A stretch of DNA of 64,000 nt from Spirochaetia bacterium (GCA_965225855.1 CBDDCK010000004.1:64001-128000); one strand, 5' to 3'. Shown: positions 9,363-20,520, counted from the first letter of the stretch. The notes: generated by a model from the sequence alone, not told the origin. Numbers and translations: made by a program.

Positions 9363-10397
9363 TCAATAGCTGCGGAATTGCTGTAGAAAAGCCAAATTGC
9401 CACTGTGAAAATGACGTATATCATTGATGCGGTAGCGCATCATCACTAAACGGTCTAAGCCTAAGCCAAAAGCAAAACCACGATAGTGTCTAGCATCAAT
9501 ACCACCATACTCTAAAACTTTGGGATGGACCATACCACAGGGGAGTAATTCCAGCCAACCGCTGCGCTTGCAAACTGAACAGCCCTCACCTTCGCAAACA
9601 AGGCAAATAGTATCCAGTTCAAAACCGGGCTCAACAAAAGGAAAATAACCAGGACGCAAACGAATTTTTACTTGCTTTTGAAAAATCTCGCTCAATAATT
9701 GTTTCATAAAATAAATTAAATGGGATACAGAAATATCTTCGGCAACCATCATTCCTTCCATTTGATGGAACACAGCTTCATGGGAAGCATCGATGGCTTC
9801 ACAACGAAAAACCTTGCCGGGCGCAACAAATTGAAACGGTGGCTGCTCGGCTTCCATTCCGCGCACTTGAATGCTAGAGGTATGGGTACGCAACAAATGC
9901 TTCATATCTTGAAACCAGAATGTATCTTGCATGTCGCGGGCAGGGTGATTCTGTGGAATATTTAAAGCTTCAAAATTGTGATAGTCGTCTTCAACATGTG
10001 GCCCATCTAAAATTTGGAAGCCCATAGACAAAAAAATATCTTCAAGTTCCTGCTGAACAAAACTGATAGGGTGCATGGCCCCACTCAATTCGCCCCAATA
10101 TTCTTCGCTAAGGCTATAGTCAAACCAATCTTGTTTTAGCTTGCTGTCGAGCTCGCTGTACTCAACTTGTTGTTGTTTGCGTTTGATCTGTTCTTCAAAA
10201 AGTACTTTCAGCTTATTACTCTTTTGACCCACAGCCTTTTTTTCTTCTAAACTCAATTCTTTTAGGTTTTGAGTCAGGGCACGCAATTTCCCTTTTTTGC
10301 CCAAATACGCCGCTTTTAGCTGGGAAAGCGCAGCCGTATTAAGCTCTGTTTGGGCCAAATCTTGTTGAAATTCTTGCTCTAATACATAAATATTCAT
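9363..10397 (-). CDS. pheS: Phenylalanine-tRNA ligase alpha subunit
   Basis: HPARDMQDTF, LRTHTSS, FHQMEG, YFPFVEP and GFAFGLGLDRL motifs. Confidence 0.97.
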   Translation of the reverse strand: MNIYVLEQEFQQDLAQTELNTAALSQLKAAYLGKKGKLRALTQNLKELSLEEKKAVGQKSNKLKVLFEEQIKRKQQQVEYSELDSKLKQDWFDYSLSEEYWGELSGAMHPISFVQQELEDIFLSMGFQILDGPHVEDDYHNFEALNIPQNHPARDMQDTFWFQDMKHLLRTHTSSIQVRGMEAEQPPFQFVAPGKVFRCEAIDASHEAVFHQMEGMMVAEDISVSHLIYFMKQLLSEIFQKQVKIRLRPGYFPFVEPGFELDTICLVCEGEGCSVCKRSGWLELLPCGMVHPKVLEYGGIDARHYRGFAFGLGLDRLVMMRYRINDIRHFHSGNLAFLQQFRSY

Positions 10398-10489
10398 GGA
10401 ATTTCCTTTCTAACCAGCGAGATTCTACCAGCATCGCCCAAAAAAGTGAATAGACTTAACAGACGGAAGACAAGGAAATTTGCATAAAA

Positions 10490-10524
10490 AAAGGCCCAAT
10501 ATCAATACTAATAATTGGGCCTTT
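10490..10524 (-). terminator. Intrinsic terminator after groES
   Basis: AAAGGCCCAAT/ATTGGGCCTTT perfect inverted repeat followed by a T-run on the - strand. Confidence 0.75.
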
Positions 10525-10545
10525 AGAATCAATTACTGTTTATCT

Positions 10546-10809
10546 TTAGCTAATGATAGCAATAATATCATCATTTTTGACAATCAAATGCTCAGCACCT
10601 TCGATTTTCACAGAAGAGCCTGCGTACTTATCGTACATCACTTTTTGCCCAGCTTTAACAACAATGTCTTTGTCTTCGCCTATGGCAACGACAGTGCCTG
10701 TTTGCGTTTTTTCTTGGGCGGTATCGGGGATATAGAGCCCAGAAGCAGTTTTTGTTTCAGCTTCTTGAATTTTAATCAGCACACGGCTACCAAGTGGTTC
10801 TAAAGCCAT
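10546..10809 (-). CDS. groES: Co-chaperonin GroES (no adjacent groEL)
   Basis: [13 protein letters not shown]...[15 protein letters not shown]...GTVVAIG...YDKYAG; AGGAG RBS before ATG at 10809. Confidence 0.95.
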   Translation of the reverse strand: MALEPLGSRVLIKIQEAETKTASGLYIPDTAQEKTQTGTVVAIGEDKDIVVKAGQKVMYDKYAGSSVKIEGAEHLIVKNDDIIAIIS

Positions 10810-10940
10810 AAATGTCTCCTTCACTTTAAAAGTTTGTTTACTTGTTTTAGTATGGTGAATATAGCTATAAGTGCTAGCAAACGTCAAGGAAAAATTTTAT
10901 CAGTGTATACACACGCACCGATGTTTTTGCCAAAACAAGC

Positions 10941-12224
10941 TTGACCTGTACCAAAAATACTATTATTTTTGCTATCCAAAAAATGCACATGGGGATATAT
11001 GTTTTGGGAGGTTTTAATAACAAAACACCAATAGCAATTGCAACCATATTTATACTGAGCTGTATTGTTTATAGTCTGTTCGTTTATGCCCCTATTCGTC
11101 AAAGTAGCCAAAATTTTGTGCAAGGGCGTTCGGAAGATTCGCTAAAGGTTTTTGCTACGTTTAGTATTGTTAAGGGCGTAATTGAAGCTGCCAAAGCAAT
11201 ACCGAAAATCAACATTCTGGCAAAACGAATTGAGCCTGTAGAACAAATTGTCGATATGTTGTGGTACTTTAGTTTGCTTTCCTATATATTCAATCAAATT
11301 TTAGACTTTTATATTTCTACTGGTTCTATTTTTACGCTGTCAATATTTGCCATTATCATTTACCAACTATTAAAAATAGTGTACTTGTGGAAAAATTGGC
11401 AAATCATGGCGGGAATATTGGATACCCCTATATTTCGGCTAGTCTATAGAGGGGCTTTATTGTTTGCTTTGATCTTGCCGTTATATATTTTTATTAGCGT
11501 GAATACCTACCAATGGTTCGATCAAGAATTTGTTGCACCTGAATATAAAGCTATTGTTTTAATGTTTTCCGAGGTGGAAGCTGTAGAAAAGAGCATTGAC
11601 AATAAAGAAAAGCTCCGCCAAACTCAATTGAAAAAACTAGAGCTAGATATACAAAATCAAAAATCCAAACTAGCTGAAATGACGAGCCAAATGGACACAT
11701 TACAAACCAAAATACAGCCTCTTAAAGCCGAGCGCTGGTTTTTTCAACGGTGGTTTTCATTTGGGGAGAGTAAGGAAGAACAAAAGTTAGCTAGCGAATA
11801 TGATTTGGTTGCAGAACGAGCAGAAAAACTACAGCAAAGCATTGAGAGTGCTGAAAAAAATTTGGCAACGATACAGAGCAAGGGCTGGTGGGGATTATGG
11901 AATAGAACAAAAGATTACGTAACCCAAAGTATAGATTATTCTGTAGCCTATACTAAGGGGTTTATGCTCCTTATGGGCAGTGAGGGTAGGCAAAGGCTAC
12001 GCAACTATGCCCTCAATAGCATTGCTTTATTTGTAATCTACTTTGCGGTATTTCCCATCGCCTTGCTCTTGGTGGTGCGCAGTTTGTTCGAAAACAATGA
12101 GTCGCAAGAGATAAGACTATTGCTCCAAGAATTAAAACTCTTGCGCTTGCAATCCACAGTGAAGGATATTAAAGCTACTCCGCAGCTACCAAGCAATAAG
12201 TTAGAAGACAAGCAGACAGAATAG
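10941..12224 (+). CDS. Hypothetical membrane protein with central coiled coil
   Basis: Several hydrophobic segments and a heptad-rich region; no recognised family; start uncertain. Confidence 0.6.
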   Translation: MTCTKNTIIFAIQKMHMGIYVLGGFNNKTPIAIATIFILSCIVYSLFVYAPIRQSSQNFVQGRSEDSLKVFATFSIVKGVIEAAKAIPKINILAKRIEPVEQIVDMLWYFSLLSYIFNQILDFYISTGSIFTLSIFAIIIYQLLKIVYLWKNWQIMAGILDTPIFRLVYRGALLFALILPLYIFISVNTYQWFDQEFVAPEYKAIVLMFSEVEAVEKSIDNKEKLRQTQLKKLELDIQNQKSKLAEMTSQMDTLQTKIQPLKAERWFFQRWFSFGESKEEQKLASEYDLVAERAEKLQQSIESAEKNLATIQSKGWWGLWNRTKDYVTQSIDYSVAYTKGFMLLMGSEGRQRLRNYALNSIALFVIYFAVFPIALLLVVRSLFENNESQEIRLLLQELKLLRLQSTVKDIKATPQLPSNKLEDKQTE

Positions 12225-12363
12225 TGAAAGTAAACAGCAAACATTGCTAAGAAAGTAAATCACAAAATCTTATTTTCTGCTGGCTTATTTGTTAGAATGT
12301 GGCTCTTCAGGGGGTAAAGCTAAAGATAAAACAATAAAGCACAATCAAGCAGGAGGATAATCA

Positions 12364-13497
12364 ATGGCGAAAAAGGCAGCCGTACAGGGGGTAACCAACC
12401 TGGAATCCACGGAAGAAAAGAACAAAGCCCTGGGGGTTGTTTTAGAGCAAATCGAAAAACAATATGGCAAGGGCTCGCTTATGCGCATGAGCGAAGACCA
12501 AAAACTGGAAGTAGAGGTGGTCCCTAGTGGGTCCATTTTGTTAGATGAGGCTCTGGGGGTCGGGGGCTACCCCAAAGGCCGAATTATTGAAGTGTATGGC
12601 CCCGAGTCCTCGGGTAAAACCACTTTGACTTTACATGCCATTGCAGAGTGTCAAAAGCAGGGGGGCACCGCTGCTTTTATTGATGCAGAGCACGCTCTCG
12701 ACCCACAGTATGCTAAAAAGCTGGGGGTAAAAATTGAGGAGCTGTGGGTTTCTCAACCCGATAGCGGTGAGCAAGCTTTGGAAATAGCCGATACCTTGGT
12801 GCGCTCTGGGGCTGTGGACATTGTGGTGGTGGACTCGGTGGCGGCTTTAACTCCTAGTGCCGAGATTACCGGCGAAATGGGTGATTCCCATGTAGGCCTG
12901 CAAGCTCGATTGATGAGCCAAGCCTTGCGCAAATTGACCGCCAATATATCAAAGTCTGGCTGCATTGTGTTCTTTATCAACCAAATCCGCATGAAGATTG
13001 GTGTAGTGTTCGGCAGTCCAGAGACTACAGCAGGCGGTAATGCCCTGAAATTCTATTGTTCTGTACGCTTGGACGTGCGGCGTATTGAAACCCTTTCCAA
13101 GGGTGCCGATGATGCTTATGGCAATCGGGTGCGCGTCAAAGTGGTAAAGAATAAAGTGGCCCCGCCCTTCCGCAAGTGTGAGTTTGATATTATCTTTGGC
13201 AAGGGTATTTCCACTCAAGGGTGTTTGGTCGATGCTGCGCTGAAGTGTGAACTCATCAAAAAGAGCGGTAGCTGGTTTTCCCGCATCACAGCTAGCGGGG
13301 AAGAGAAGATCGGCCAAGGTCGGGACAATGTAATAGCATTCCTAGACCAGAACCCACAGATAGCTAATGAACTAGAAACGGCTGTACGGTTGCAACTGTT
13401 TGGAGAAGAGCAACCAGAGGCAAAAGCCCCTGAAAAGCCTGAAAAGAAGAGTGCCGATAAAAAAGCTACAGAAAAGCCTAAAGCGGGCTTGCTATAG
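12364..13497 (+). CDS. recA: Recombinase RecA
   Basis: [36 protein letters not shown] and GGNALKFY motifs; AGGAGG RBS. Confidence 0.99.
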   Translation: MAKKAAVQGVTNLESTEEKNKALGVVLEQIEKQYGKGSLMRMSEDQKLEVEVVPSGSILLDEALGVGGYPKGRIIEVYGPESSGKTTLTLHAIAECQKQGGTAAFIDAEHALDPQYAKKLGVKIEELWVSQPDSGEQALEIADTLVRSGAVDIVVVDSVAALTPSAEITGEMGDSHVGLQARLMSQALRKLTANISKSGCIVFFINQIRMKIGVVFGSPETTAGGNALKFYCSVRLDVRRIETLSKGADDAYGNRVRVKVVKNKVAPPFRKCEFDIIFGKGISTQGCLVDAALKCELIKKSGSWFSRITASGEEKIGQGRDNVIAFLDQNPQIANELETAVRLQLFGEEQPEAKAPEKPEKKSADKKATEKPKAGLL

Positions 13498-13554
13498 TGA
13501 TTAGCCTCTAGCCAAGTTGCTATCAAACCTTCTACCCAAGGAAAATTATAGCAC

Positions 13555-13593
13555 AAAGGGCTAGCCCAAACTACGGACTAAGGCTAACCCTTT
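13555..13593 (+). terminator. Probable recA terminator hairpin
   Basis: AAAGGGCTAGCC...GGCTAACCCTTT inverted repeat with one G-U pair. Confidence 0.5.
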
Positions 13594-13853
13594 CGATTAA
13601 AAGCCAACAAATACCATTCAAGCTATACAGTAGCTATCTTAGAACGAACCACACAGTAATATCCAAACTACAAGTAATTCTCTGGACGGGCGATAAGAAT
13701 AGATATTATAGAGCCTAACGAATAAAAGAGTACCAATTGGATAAACTTTCAAAGCTGTAAGCCATTTTTACCTATTGCTAACAAAAAGTCTAGACATAGC
13801 TAGCCCTTTATGCTATCGTTTGGCCCAGAACAAATGCACATTGTGTAGAGGAG

Positions 13854-14026
13854 GATTGGACGTCCATGCATCGGGCTGTTATCAGTGGCCTTAAGAAAGA
13901 GTGAAAGTGCTACTAAAAGCAGGTGCCGATATTAATGCCAAAAGTAGCGATGGCCTTAGCTGCCTAGGCGTGGCTTTAGAAAGAGGGCAGCACAAGATAG
14001 TAGAGTATCTGTGTTCGAAAGGGGGC
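13854..14026 (+). pseudogene. Frameshifted ankyrin-repeat gene remnant
   Basis: DWTSMHRAVISGLKKE* in one frame continues as VKVLLKAGADINAKSSDGLSCLGVALERGQHKIVEYLCSKG in another; together two ankyrin repeats. Confidence 0.75.
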
Positions 14027-14111
14027 CCAGTAGCCCCAACTTCAAATCACTTAACAACCAGGGGCCAGCTTAGGCCCCAGCAAAATAAAACAAATGAAAA
14101 CAGGAGCTTTT

Positions 14112-14822
14112 ATGTTGCAATACCATTTACGTCCAGCCCATTTGCAAGGGCTAGACGACAAATACCTAGCGCAGGCAGAAAATGTCCACAGCTACGAGCT
14201 AGAAGAAATTCTACAGTTGATGAACAAAGAGGAGTCTGTACTCAATCCTGGCTTGAGTCGCCTAGCCTTGTCTACTTTTACCAAAGTGATGGCCGGTATT
14301 GTGGAAGAGGGTGGGGCAATCAACTTGCCGTTTTTCAAGATGTACCCCACCATTACGGGTACTTTTGACTCGCCCGAAACGCCATTTACCCAAGGTGAGC
14401 ATCAGGTGCAGATGAGTCTCAACTTAAGCAAAGAACTGCAAGAGGTACTGCCCAATGTCAAGGTGCAGAAAGAAATCTTTACGCCCAGCTTGCCCATAAT
14501 TAACAAAATACTGGATACGAGCAGTGGCAGCAAAAACGGCAATATTAGCGCAGGTGGTGCGATAAAAATTAGTGGTTCGCGCCTGAAAATAAAAGGCAGC
14601 GACTCGAACAACGGTGTCTACTTTGTGGCTGAAGATGGTAGCAACCAAACCAAAGTAACTACTGCTCTTATCCAGAACCGCCCTAGTGAGATCATTGTGA
14701 ATGTACCTAACTTCAATGTGGGGGATAAATACACTCTTAAAGTGGTAACCCAATATAGCGGTTCTAGCATGTTGAAGAATCCGCGGACTGGCACATCAAA
14801 TATTGTATTGACAGTAATTTAG
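14112..14822 (+). CDS. HU-like DNA-binding domain plus C-terminal Ig-like (DUF4469-like) domain protein
   Basis: N-terminal YLAQ...EEILQLM...EGGAINLPFF...ITGTF; C-terminal IKISGSRLKI.G..NGVYFV..NRPSEIIVNVP..YTLKVVTQYS; AGGAG RBS before ATG 14112. Confidence 0.75.
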   Translation: MLQYHLRPAHLQGLDDKYLAQAENVHSYELEEILQLMNKEESVLNPGLSRLALSTFTKVMAGIVEEGGAINLPFFKMYPTITGTFDSPETPFTQGEHQVQMSLNLSKELQEVLPNVKVQKEIFTPSLPIINKILDTSSGSKNGNISAGGAIKISGSRLKIKGSDSNNGVYFVAEDGSNQTKVTTALIQNRPSEIIVNVPNFNVGDKYTLKVVTQYSGSSMLKNPRTGTSNIVLTVI

Positions 14823-14841
14823 CATTTCTAGCTTGGGCTGT

Positions 14842-14869
14842 GATACTCTTATAGGCCTATAAGAGTATC
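14842..14869. repeat. Perfect 28-bp palindrome between convergent genes
   Basis: GATACTCTTATAGGCCTATAAGAGTATC equals its own reverse complement. Confidence 0.9.
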
Positions 14870-14952
14870 TTTGGACGGCCTATGAGAGTTTTACTGTATT
14901 CCTTAGCTGATCTATAGCGTATGGCTTGTGAGAGGTACATACTAATAACTGG

Positions 14953-16311
14953 TTAAAATAAGTTGGTAGGAAACATTGATATTCCTTCGATTTCCATCTG
15001 TATATCTAGTTTCTCATTGAATGCATCACTATTCACAATGCCTGCTTTGCCTATCATGAACGGGGGCACATAACGCAGAAGGGTACTGTTCCTATTATTG
15101 ATTCTTAATAGGAATGTCAGCTCTTGACTATCCTGAAAAACAAAAGTGAGTATTTGGTTGTATTTATGCTGTAGGTTTGGGCCTAGTTGATAGGGGAAAA
15201 ACAAAGTGCCCTTTCGTGGGCTACCCTTGAGTACATTTTGCTCTGTAAGCGTATCGGTGTTCGACCAAGAGAACCTGCCATCATTTTGCAAGCGAATGTT
15301 GCCATATAGCTGGGCAGAGCTCAGCTGGCTACCATATTGGAGAATGGTAGAAAGTGCGAACCTCCGCTGCTCCAAAGCTTTTTGTTTGTAATATTCCAAC
15401 TTGTCCGGAAGAACCTTCTGCAATTCAATAATGCTCTCTTTACCTTGATTGCGGAAATATAGAGAAATCTCATCGACCTGGATAAAAACAACTCGGATTT
15501 GGTTGCCATTGAAAGCTAGTTCAGCAGCTACATTAGTAACCTTGTTTACCTCATAGGGGAAGATATGGCTAGCTTGGGCTGAATGCTTTAAATACAGCTC
15601 TAACTGTTGTTTGCTTTGATTGAGGTAGAGCTGGCCTAATGGCAACATTAATAGCCGTAAGTCAATATGGCGCCCGCTCTGTAGTAACTGCGTATATTCC
15701 TTTTTGTACCAAATTCCGTTCAGGCTATTTAAGTCTACATTGAGCTCATCTCGGCTTTGTTCAAATATGGCAAGCTTTACCACCTGCTGTGCTCGTTTGG
15801 CTCGGTTTTCAATCCTCAAATAATAATCAAAAGCAAAGCCTCTAACTCCATCTTCTGTAAGAACTTCATACCAACGGCCTTCTATATTCCCTAAAACAAC
15901 ATTGGACGAAGCTTGAGCCAAAATTTTTACCGTTTGCTGGGGCCGCAAACGATACACTTGGTCGGCCTTACTTGTTGCTGCAGAACGAATGACAAGGCCA
16001 CTCGGGTGCATATTGACCGCATACCAATGTTGATATTGCATAAACTGTTGGCGGTATTCTTCTGCATTCGGTAAGTGGCGGAAAAAAGCAATCCGACTGG
16101 TAGAAATGGGATATTTTTTATTTTGAAAAGAGACTACATAGCTATCAGTAACTTTAGATCCACCTATGATTGTTATAATTTGGCCGTTATCTAATTGAGA
16201 ATTGGTTTCGCTCCAAAGTAAAACACCGTAACCTAAATGGCTAGAGCAAGATGGAAAAAGCGATAACAAAAGTATTACCTTAAAAATACAAAAGATGTTT
16301 TGGAAGGTCAT
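14953..16311 (-). CDS. SH3-domain-containing lipoprotein (spirochaete-type)
   Basis: LFPSC lipobox then GYGVLLWS; SH3b-like VYRLRPQQTVKIL...WYEVLTEDGVRGFAF; start uncertain (ORF open to 16539). Confidence 0.7.
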   Translation of the reverse strand: MTFQNIFCIFKVILLLSLFPSCSSHLGYGVLLWSETNSQLDNGQIITIIGGSKVTDSYVVSFQNKKYPISTSRIAFFRHLPNAEEYRQQFMQYQHWYAVNMHPSGLVIRSAATSKADQVYRLRPQQTVKILAQASSNVVLGNIEGRWYEVLTEDGVRGFAFDYYLRIENRAKRAQQVVKLAIFEQSRDELNVDLNSLNGIWYKKEYTQLLQSGRHIDLRLLMLPLGQLYLNQSKQQLELYLKHSAQASHIFPYEVNKVTNVAAELAFNGNQIRVVFIQVDEISLYFRNQGKESIIELQKVLPDKLEYYKQKALEQRRFALSTILQYGSQLSSAQLYGNIRLQNDGRFSWSNTDTLTEQNVLKGSPRKGTLFFPYQLGPNLQHKYNQILTFVFQDSQELTFLLRINNRNSTLLRYVPPFMIGKAGIVNSDAFNEKLDIQMEIEGISMFPTNLF

Positions 16312-16535
16312 TGATACAAAAAATTTACCATGCACAATCCGCATCTTTTCACAAAATATTTTAGACTGGCAAATAAGTCTAGTGTAATCAAATAGTTTTT
16401 CTCCATAAAATAATGAATCCAACATTCCCAACATTTTAAGGGAAGAGGGAAGCTGGAAAAAATTCCAATTCCATGCAAAAGCTTTGTAAGCAAAATTTAT
16501 TGACTCACAATAAAAATCAAATCCAAAATGGCGCA

Positions 16536-17717
16536 TCAATTTTGTTTTGGCACATCAAACATCTTCATAGTTTTGCCAGAGCTAATAAAAACAGCGATTG
16601 ATTTTAAGCCTTTGATATGATTTGCGGTAATGCGCAAAATTTCTAACATGGGAACCGCAAGAAACATGCCGATAACCCCCCATAAATATCCCCAGAACGC
16701 CAAAGAAATGAGTATCAACAGTGGGCTTAAATCCAGTTTGTCGCCTTGCAACTTAGGGTCGAGAATATTGCCAATTAAAATTTGGATTCCTGTAATAGAC
16801 AAGCCAACGATTATTGGAACATTCCATGTAGGGTAAAACTGAATGATACTGATCAGTGTAATCAATATCGTAATTGCTACGGAACCGATATTGGGAATAA
16901 AATTAAAAGCAAATGTAAAGAAGGCCCATGTTAAAGGGTTTTGCACTTGGTAAAAATTTAGCAAGAGCCAAACAAGCAAAGAAGTGAGAAAACTGATAAT
17001 AAATTTTAATTGTAAGTACTTGGAAATCTTTTTTGAAATAATGTTGATGTTTGCAATAATAGATTCATACATTTCTTGTTTTAATATGGATTTGAGCTTT
17101 AAAGATGTGTCTTTTGCTTCGCTGAGAATAAAAAAGACAAATATAAATACGAGCAAAGCCCCCGATAAAAACGTAAGAAAATTATTCGCACTGTTTAGAT
17201 AAAAGTCAAAGCTAACACTACTAAAAATGTAATCACGTATATTAAAACGCGGCTGTGTTATTTTATTTGGCAAAATATCATGATTAAAACCATTAATTGT
17301 ATTATTAAAACGAGAGATAATATCATTGATAATTTCGTTGAGCTGGTTTTCATAAGAATTAATATTACTGAAAAAATACAGTAAATTATTGAGAATAATC
17401 CAGCTAAAAAAAACCAAAATAATAGCATAGATAAAAGAAATTATGGCGGAAATAAACATTCTATTCAAATTGGTTTTCAAGACAATAAAATCAATAATCG
17501 GCAAAAGCATAAAACAAGAAAACATAGATAGAGTAATGGCGATGAAGATAAACTTGAATGTTTTTAAAATCCAAAACAACAAGATAATAAGCCCCAAGCC
17601 ATAAAACATATTTTGCAAGGGCAATTGCAAAAGCAATCTAGGGGGGATATTCTCGGTTGGCTCTTTTTCAAGAATCGTTTCGTATGGTCGCCGAAATATT
17701 TTTTTGAAACGGAACAT
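16536..17717 (-). CDS. AI-2E family transporter
   Basis: Multi-pass; KYLQLKFIIS, FNFIPNIGS, GNILDPKLQGDKLDLSP, WGYLWGVIGMFLAVP; GAGGA RBS before ATG 17717. Confidence 0.88.
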   Translation of the reverse strand: MFRFKKIFRRPYETILEKEPTENIPPRLLLQLPLQNMFYGLGLIILLFWILKTFKFIFIAITLSMFSCFMLLPIIDFIVLKTNLNRMFISAIISFIYAIILVFFSWIILNNLLYFFSNINSYENQLNEIINDIISRFNNTINGFNHDILPNKITQPRFNIRDYIFSSVSFDFYLNSANNFLTFLSGALLVFIFVFFILSEAKDTSLKLKSILKQEMYESIIANINIISKKISKYLQLKFIISFLTSLLVWLLLNFYQVQNPLTWAFFTFAFNFIPNIGSVAITILITLISIIQFYPTWNVPIIVGLSITGIQILIGNILDPKLQGDKLDLSPLLILISLAFWGYLWGVIGMFLAVPMLEILRITANHIKGLKSIAVFISSGKTMKMFDVPKQN

Positions 17718-17748
17718 ATAATCCTCACTATTTGGGATATACGGAATT

Positions 17749-18513
17749 TTATTCTTCTGCTTGGTATATTTGAGAAATTTGCGAAACTTGCGAAAATAAA
17801 GGTAGCTGGAGAAAGAATTTCTTTTCCCTTCCCCCAGTTCGTATAAGAATATCCAAACCATCATTATTAGGCTTGTTTTTTGTATTGTTTAGCATTTCTT
17901 TATAAGGAATTAAAAAAAGTGCATAGCTGACAGGAGAACCCATTTTTGGCATAGGGCGTTCTTCTTGCAAAAGTAACAGCCCACGGTGTTTGATTTCAAT
18001 TTGAAACTCCTCTTTTAGTTTGCCTTGCTCGCTTTTTTGGGCTTGTTGCTGGGTTTGAGTCAGTCGTTCAATTTTGGCAACAACATTGATCATGAGAGCT
18101 TTTTTGTCAAAACTTTGCTTCAAACTAAAACGATAACCATTTAATTTGCCACTGGTTTGCAGTCTGCGCAGTGAAGGATAAATCACACCGAGGATAACAA
18201 TAAACAAAACAATGTCTGCCAAAATAATGAAGCGCATCCGCTTTTGCATGATTTTTCTATTTACCATATCCGCAAGGCGCGGCTTGGCAAGGCGCACGCG
18301 CTCTTCTTTAGAACTAAAAAATTCTGGTTTATTATTCAGCAATGGCTTGCTATAGGGATATTGCCGGATAAAATATTCCTCTTCCAATATTTGTTCGTCC
18401 AAAGTGGCCGTAATTTTTGTATCTTCAGGATGTAAAATATTTTTTATATCCATATCGTTTAAAGTGTCTTCTTGAAAAATACTTTGTTTTTGTTCTATTT
18501 TATTGTCATTCAT
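17749..18513 (-). CDS. Hypothetical single-pass membrane protein
   Basis: 254-aa ORF with one TM segment, co-directional in cluster. Confidence 0.6.
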   Translation of the reverse strand: MNDNKIEQKQSIFQEDTLNDMDIKNILHPEDTKITATLDEQILEEEYFIRQYPYSKPLLNNKPEFFSSKEERVRLAKPRLADMVNRKIMQKRMRFIILADIVLFIVILGVIYPSLRRLQTSGKLNGYRFSLKQSFDKKALMINVVAKIERLTQTQQQAQKSEQGKLKEEFQIEIKHRGLLLLQEERPMPKMGSPVSYALFLIPYKEMLNNTKNKPNNDGLDILIRTGGREKKFFLQLPLFSQVSQISQIYQAEE

Positions 18514-18522
18514 GTATAAAAT

Positions 18523-19716
18523 CTAAAAAGATAATACTTTATCCAGTAATTGATCGGTACGCCACCAAGTAACAACCACTTCGTCTTCGTAAAAATTTAG
18601 TGCACTAACTAGGCCATTGGGAGCAAGGTAGAGTTTGTATGGTATATTCGGTTCAGTATCAATAAAAACAGTGTATTGCTGCCTCCCTTTATCATTGCGA
18701 TAGACCAAAGCATTTTGACCATTTGAGTAGGTTTTCAGAAAAACTAAAAAATCATTACTCGTAATGCCCATCAATTGTTCGCCATAAATCTGGCGTATTT
18801 CCGCATTCTCTGAACTAAAATCTCTTACTGTAAAATGTTTTTTTAAAATTTGAGAATTGCGCTCAGTTTGAATACTATAAATATCATATTTATTGGATTT
18901 TATCTCTCTTGTTTTGGAAGTTGCATCGTTGATTTTTGCGATATAACTATACAATTCAAAAAATAACAATTTGCCATCGTAAGAAAAATTTGGGCTCATA
19001 ATTTCAAAAAACATATCTCTTTGTTTTCTATTTTGGTTTTGAAAAAATTTATCCTGCAAAATGGTTTGGCGAACTGATAGCTGAAAACGATTAATCAATA
19101 TACCATCACCAGAAAATTGGTAAATTTGATACATTTCTGGACCGCGTAAAATAACAAAAAGATTATTTTGGCTATCTATAAACAATTTGGTAATTTGATA
19201 GTGAAAATATTGCCCACCGATACCCTCTTTGCCAATCCAGTAGAGGAATTTCCCTTTTTTGTCAAAAGTTAAAATAACTTGGGCGTACAAACTATTGAGC
19301 TCTGCTACATTTTGATCGATGGTTGAAGTTACATAAAGCTTATCCATGTTTGCTGCTATTTCTGAAATTTCGCCAAATGGATATGTTCTATCCAGATATT
19401 TTGGATTTCCTTGATCGCTATCATAACGGTATTCAGGATTATAAATAATATAGCTCAATTTGCCATAATTCGTGTAATGAAAAATCTTGCGAGATAAGTG
19501 GTCAGCAATAAAATAACTACCCAATGGGGTTAATGTAAAACTATTATTGTCATTATATAGAAAATTATTTATAGAAAATAAATTTATTTCTTTGCGCATC
19601 ATACCTATTGGAATGCTAAAGATTCTTTCGGAATTGAAATTCGCTGTTTGCGCGCGACAGCTAAGCAAAAAAATACAAAATACAATGAGAAGGATATATC
19701 GGTTTACAAAAAGCAT
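18523..19716 (-). CDS. Lipoprotein resembling spirochaete LIC_12708 family (beta-propeller-like)
   Basis: LLSC lipobox; IGKEGIGG motif; C-terminal VVTWWRTD; family call from recall. Confidence 0.65.
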   Translation of the reverse strand: MLFVNRYILLIVFCIFLLSCRAQTANFNSERIFSIPIGMMRKEINLFSINNFLYNDNNSFTLTPLGSYFIADHLSRKIFHYTNYGKLSYIIYNPEYRYDSDQGNPKYLDRTYPFGEISEIAANMDKLYVTSTIDQNVAELNSLYAQVILTFDKKGKFLYWIGKEGIGGQYFHYQITKLFIDSQNNLFVILRGPEMYQIYQFSGDGILINRFQLSVRQTILQDKFFQNQNRKQRDMFFEIMSPNFSYDGKLLFFELYSYIAKINDATSKTREIKSNKYDIYSIQTERNSQILKKHFTVRDFSSENAEIRQIYGEQLMGITSNDFLVFLKTYSNGQNALVYRNDKGRQQYTVFIDTEPNIPYKLYLAPNGLVSALNFYEDEVVVTWWRTDQLLDKVLSF

Positions 19717-19746
19717 AATGATATTTGTACTATTTCCATAAATTCT

Positions 19747-20520
19747 TTATTTTTTAGAGGCTTCGCGCGTATCAACCAAAAGCCTGGTAAAGGCTTCATC
19801 TTGTTTTTTATAAAATTCTATGTCAAAAAAATCATGGCCAGTAACAAAGCCGAGTTCAACAATGGCACGGGTAATCCGAATTGCATTTTCTAAACATGCT
19901 AAAGATCGGTTTTGGGCAAAAAATTTCTGCTGCTTTGCTATCTGATCGTCAGCATAATGGTGAAATATTGTTAGTTGTTCGCGCCTGAGGTTAGATATAT
20001 AATTATTGACGCCAAGCTGTGGGCGCAAATTTTTACACAAAATACTATTGCGAAGGATCGCTGTAAATTGGTATTCATAATTCAGAATAATGAGATAACT
20101 GCTGCTTTTTTGGGCATAATTGGCAAACGAACTCAACGCTAAACCCAAGGCACGTATATCAATAAGCCAACTTTCTTCGTGCTTCAAATCTATAAGTTCT
20201 ATTTGTTTTGTTACATCTTGCATGGGGTAGGGTATTTTCGGCAAAAATAATTTTTGGTAAATGTCAATAATTTTAGCAAATTTATTGCGAAAAATCGTGA
20301 TCTGCTTTTCCACCAATTTTATTTGCAAAGACATTTGAATTTTTACAATCTGCACTTCATATAGTATCTGGTTTATACGAAAATGGGCCGCTAGTAATAG
20401 TGCCGAAATTTCTTCACTTTTTTCTGCAGCCGCAATCTTTTTATTTAGCTCTTTGCATTGTTCTATATATTTTGTGCAATGGATACTAATAATTTGGTTA
20501 TCAACGATAATATCAGACAT
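19747..20520 (-). CDS. Hypothetical protein
   Basis: 257-aa helical-looking ORF within co-directional cluster. Confidence 0.55.
   Translation of the reverse strand: MSDIIVDNQIISIHCTKYIEQCKELNKKIAAAEKSEEISALLLAAHFRINQILYEVQIVKIQMSLQIKLVEKQITIFRNKFAKIIDIYQKLFLPKIPYPMQDVTKQIELIDLKHEESWLIDIRALGLALSSFANYAQKSSSYLIILNYEYQFTAILRNSILCKNLRPQLGVNNYISNLRREQLTIFHHYADDQIAKQQKFFAQNRSLACLENAIRITRAIVELGFVTGHDFFDIEFYKKQDEAFTRLLVDTREASKK

Noticed and set aside
10860..10890. CIRCE element upstream of groES
   Set aside because: Only one half-site-like CTAGCACT is present; the inverted partner 9 bp away is missing
13901..14368. 155-aa ORF as an intact gene
   Set aside because: Only its first ~42 codons are ankyrin-like; the rest overlaps the HU-like gene out of frame
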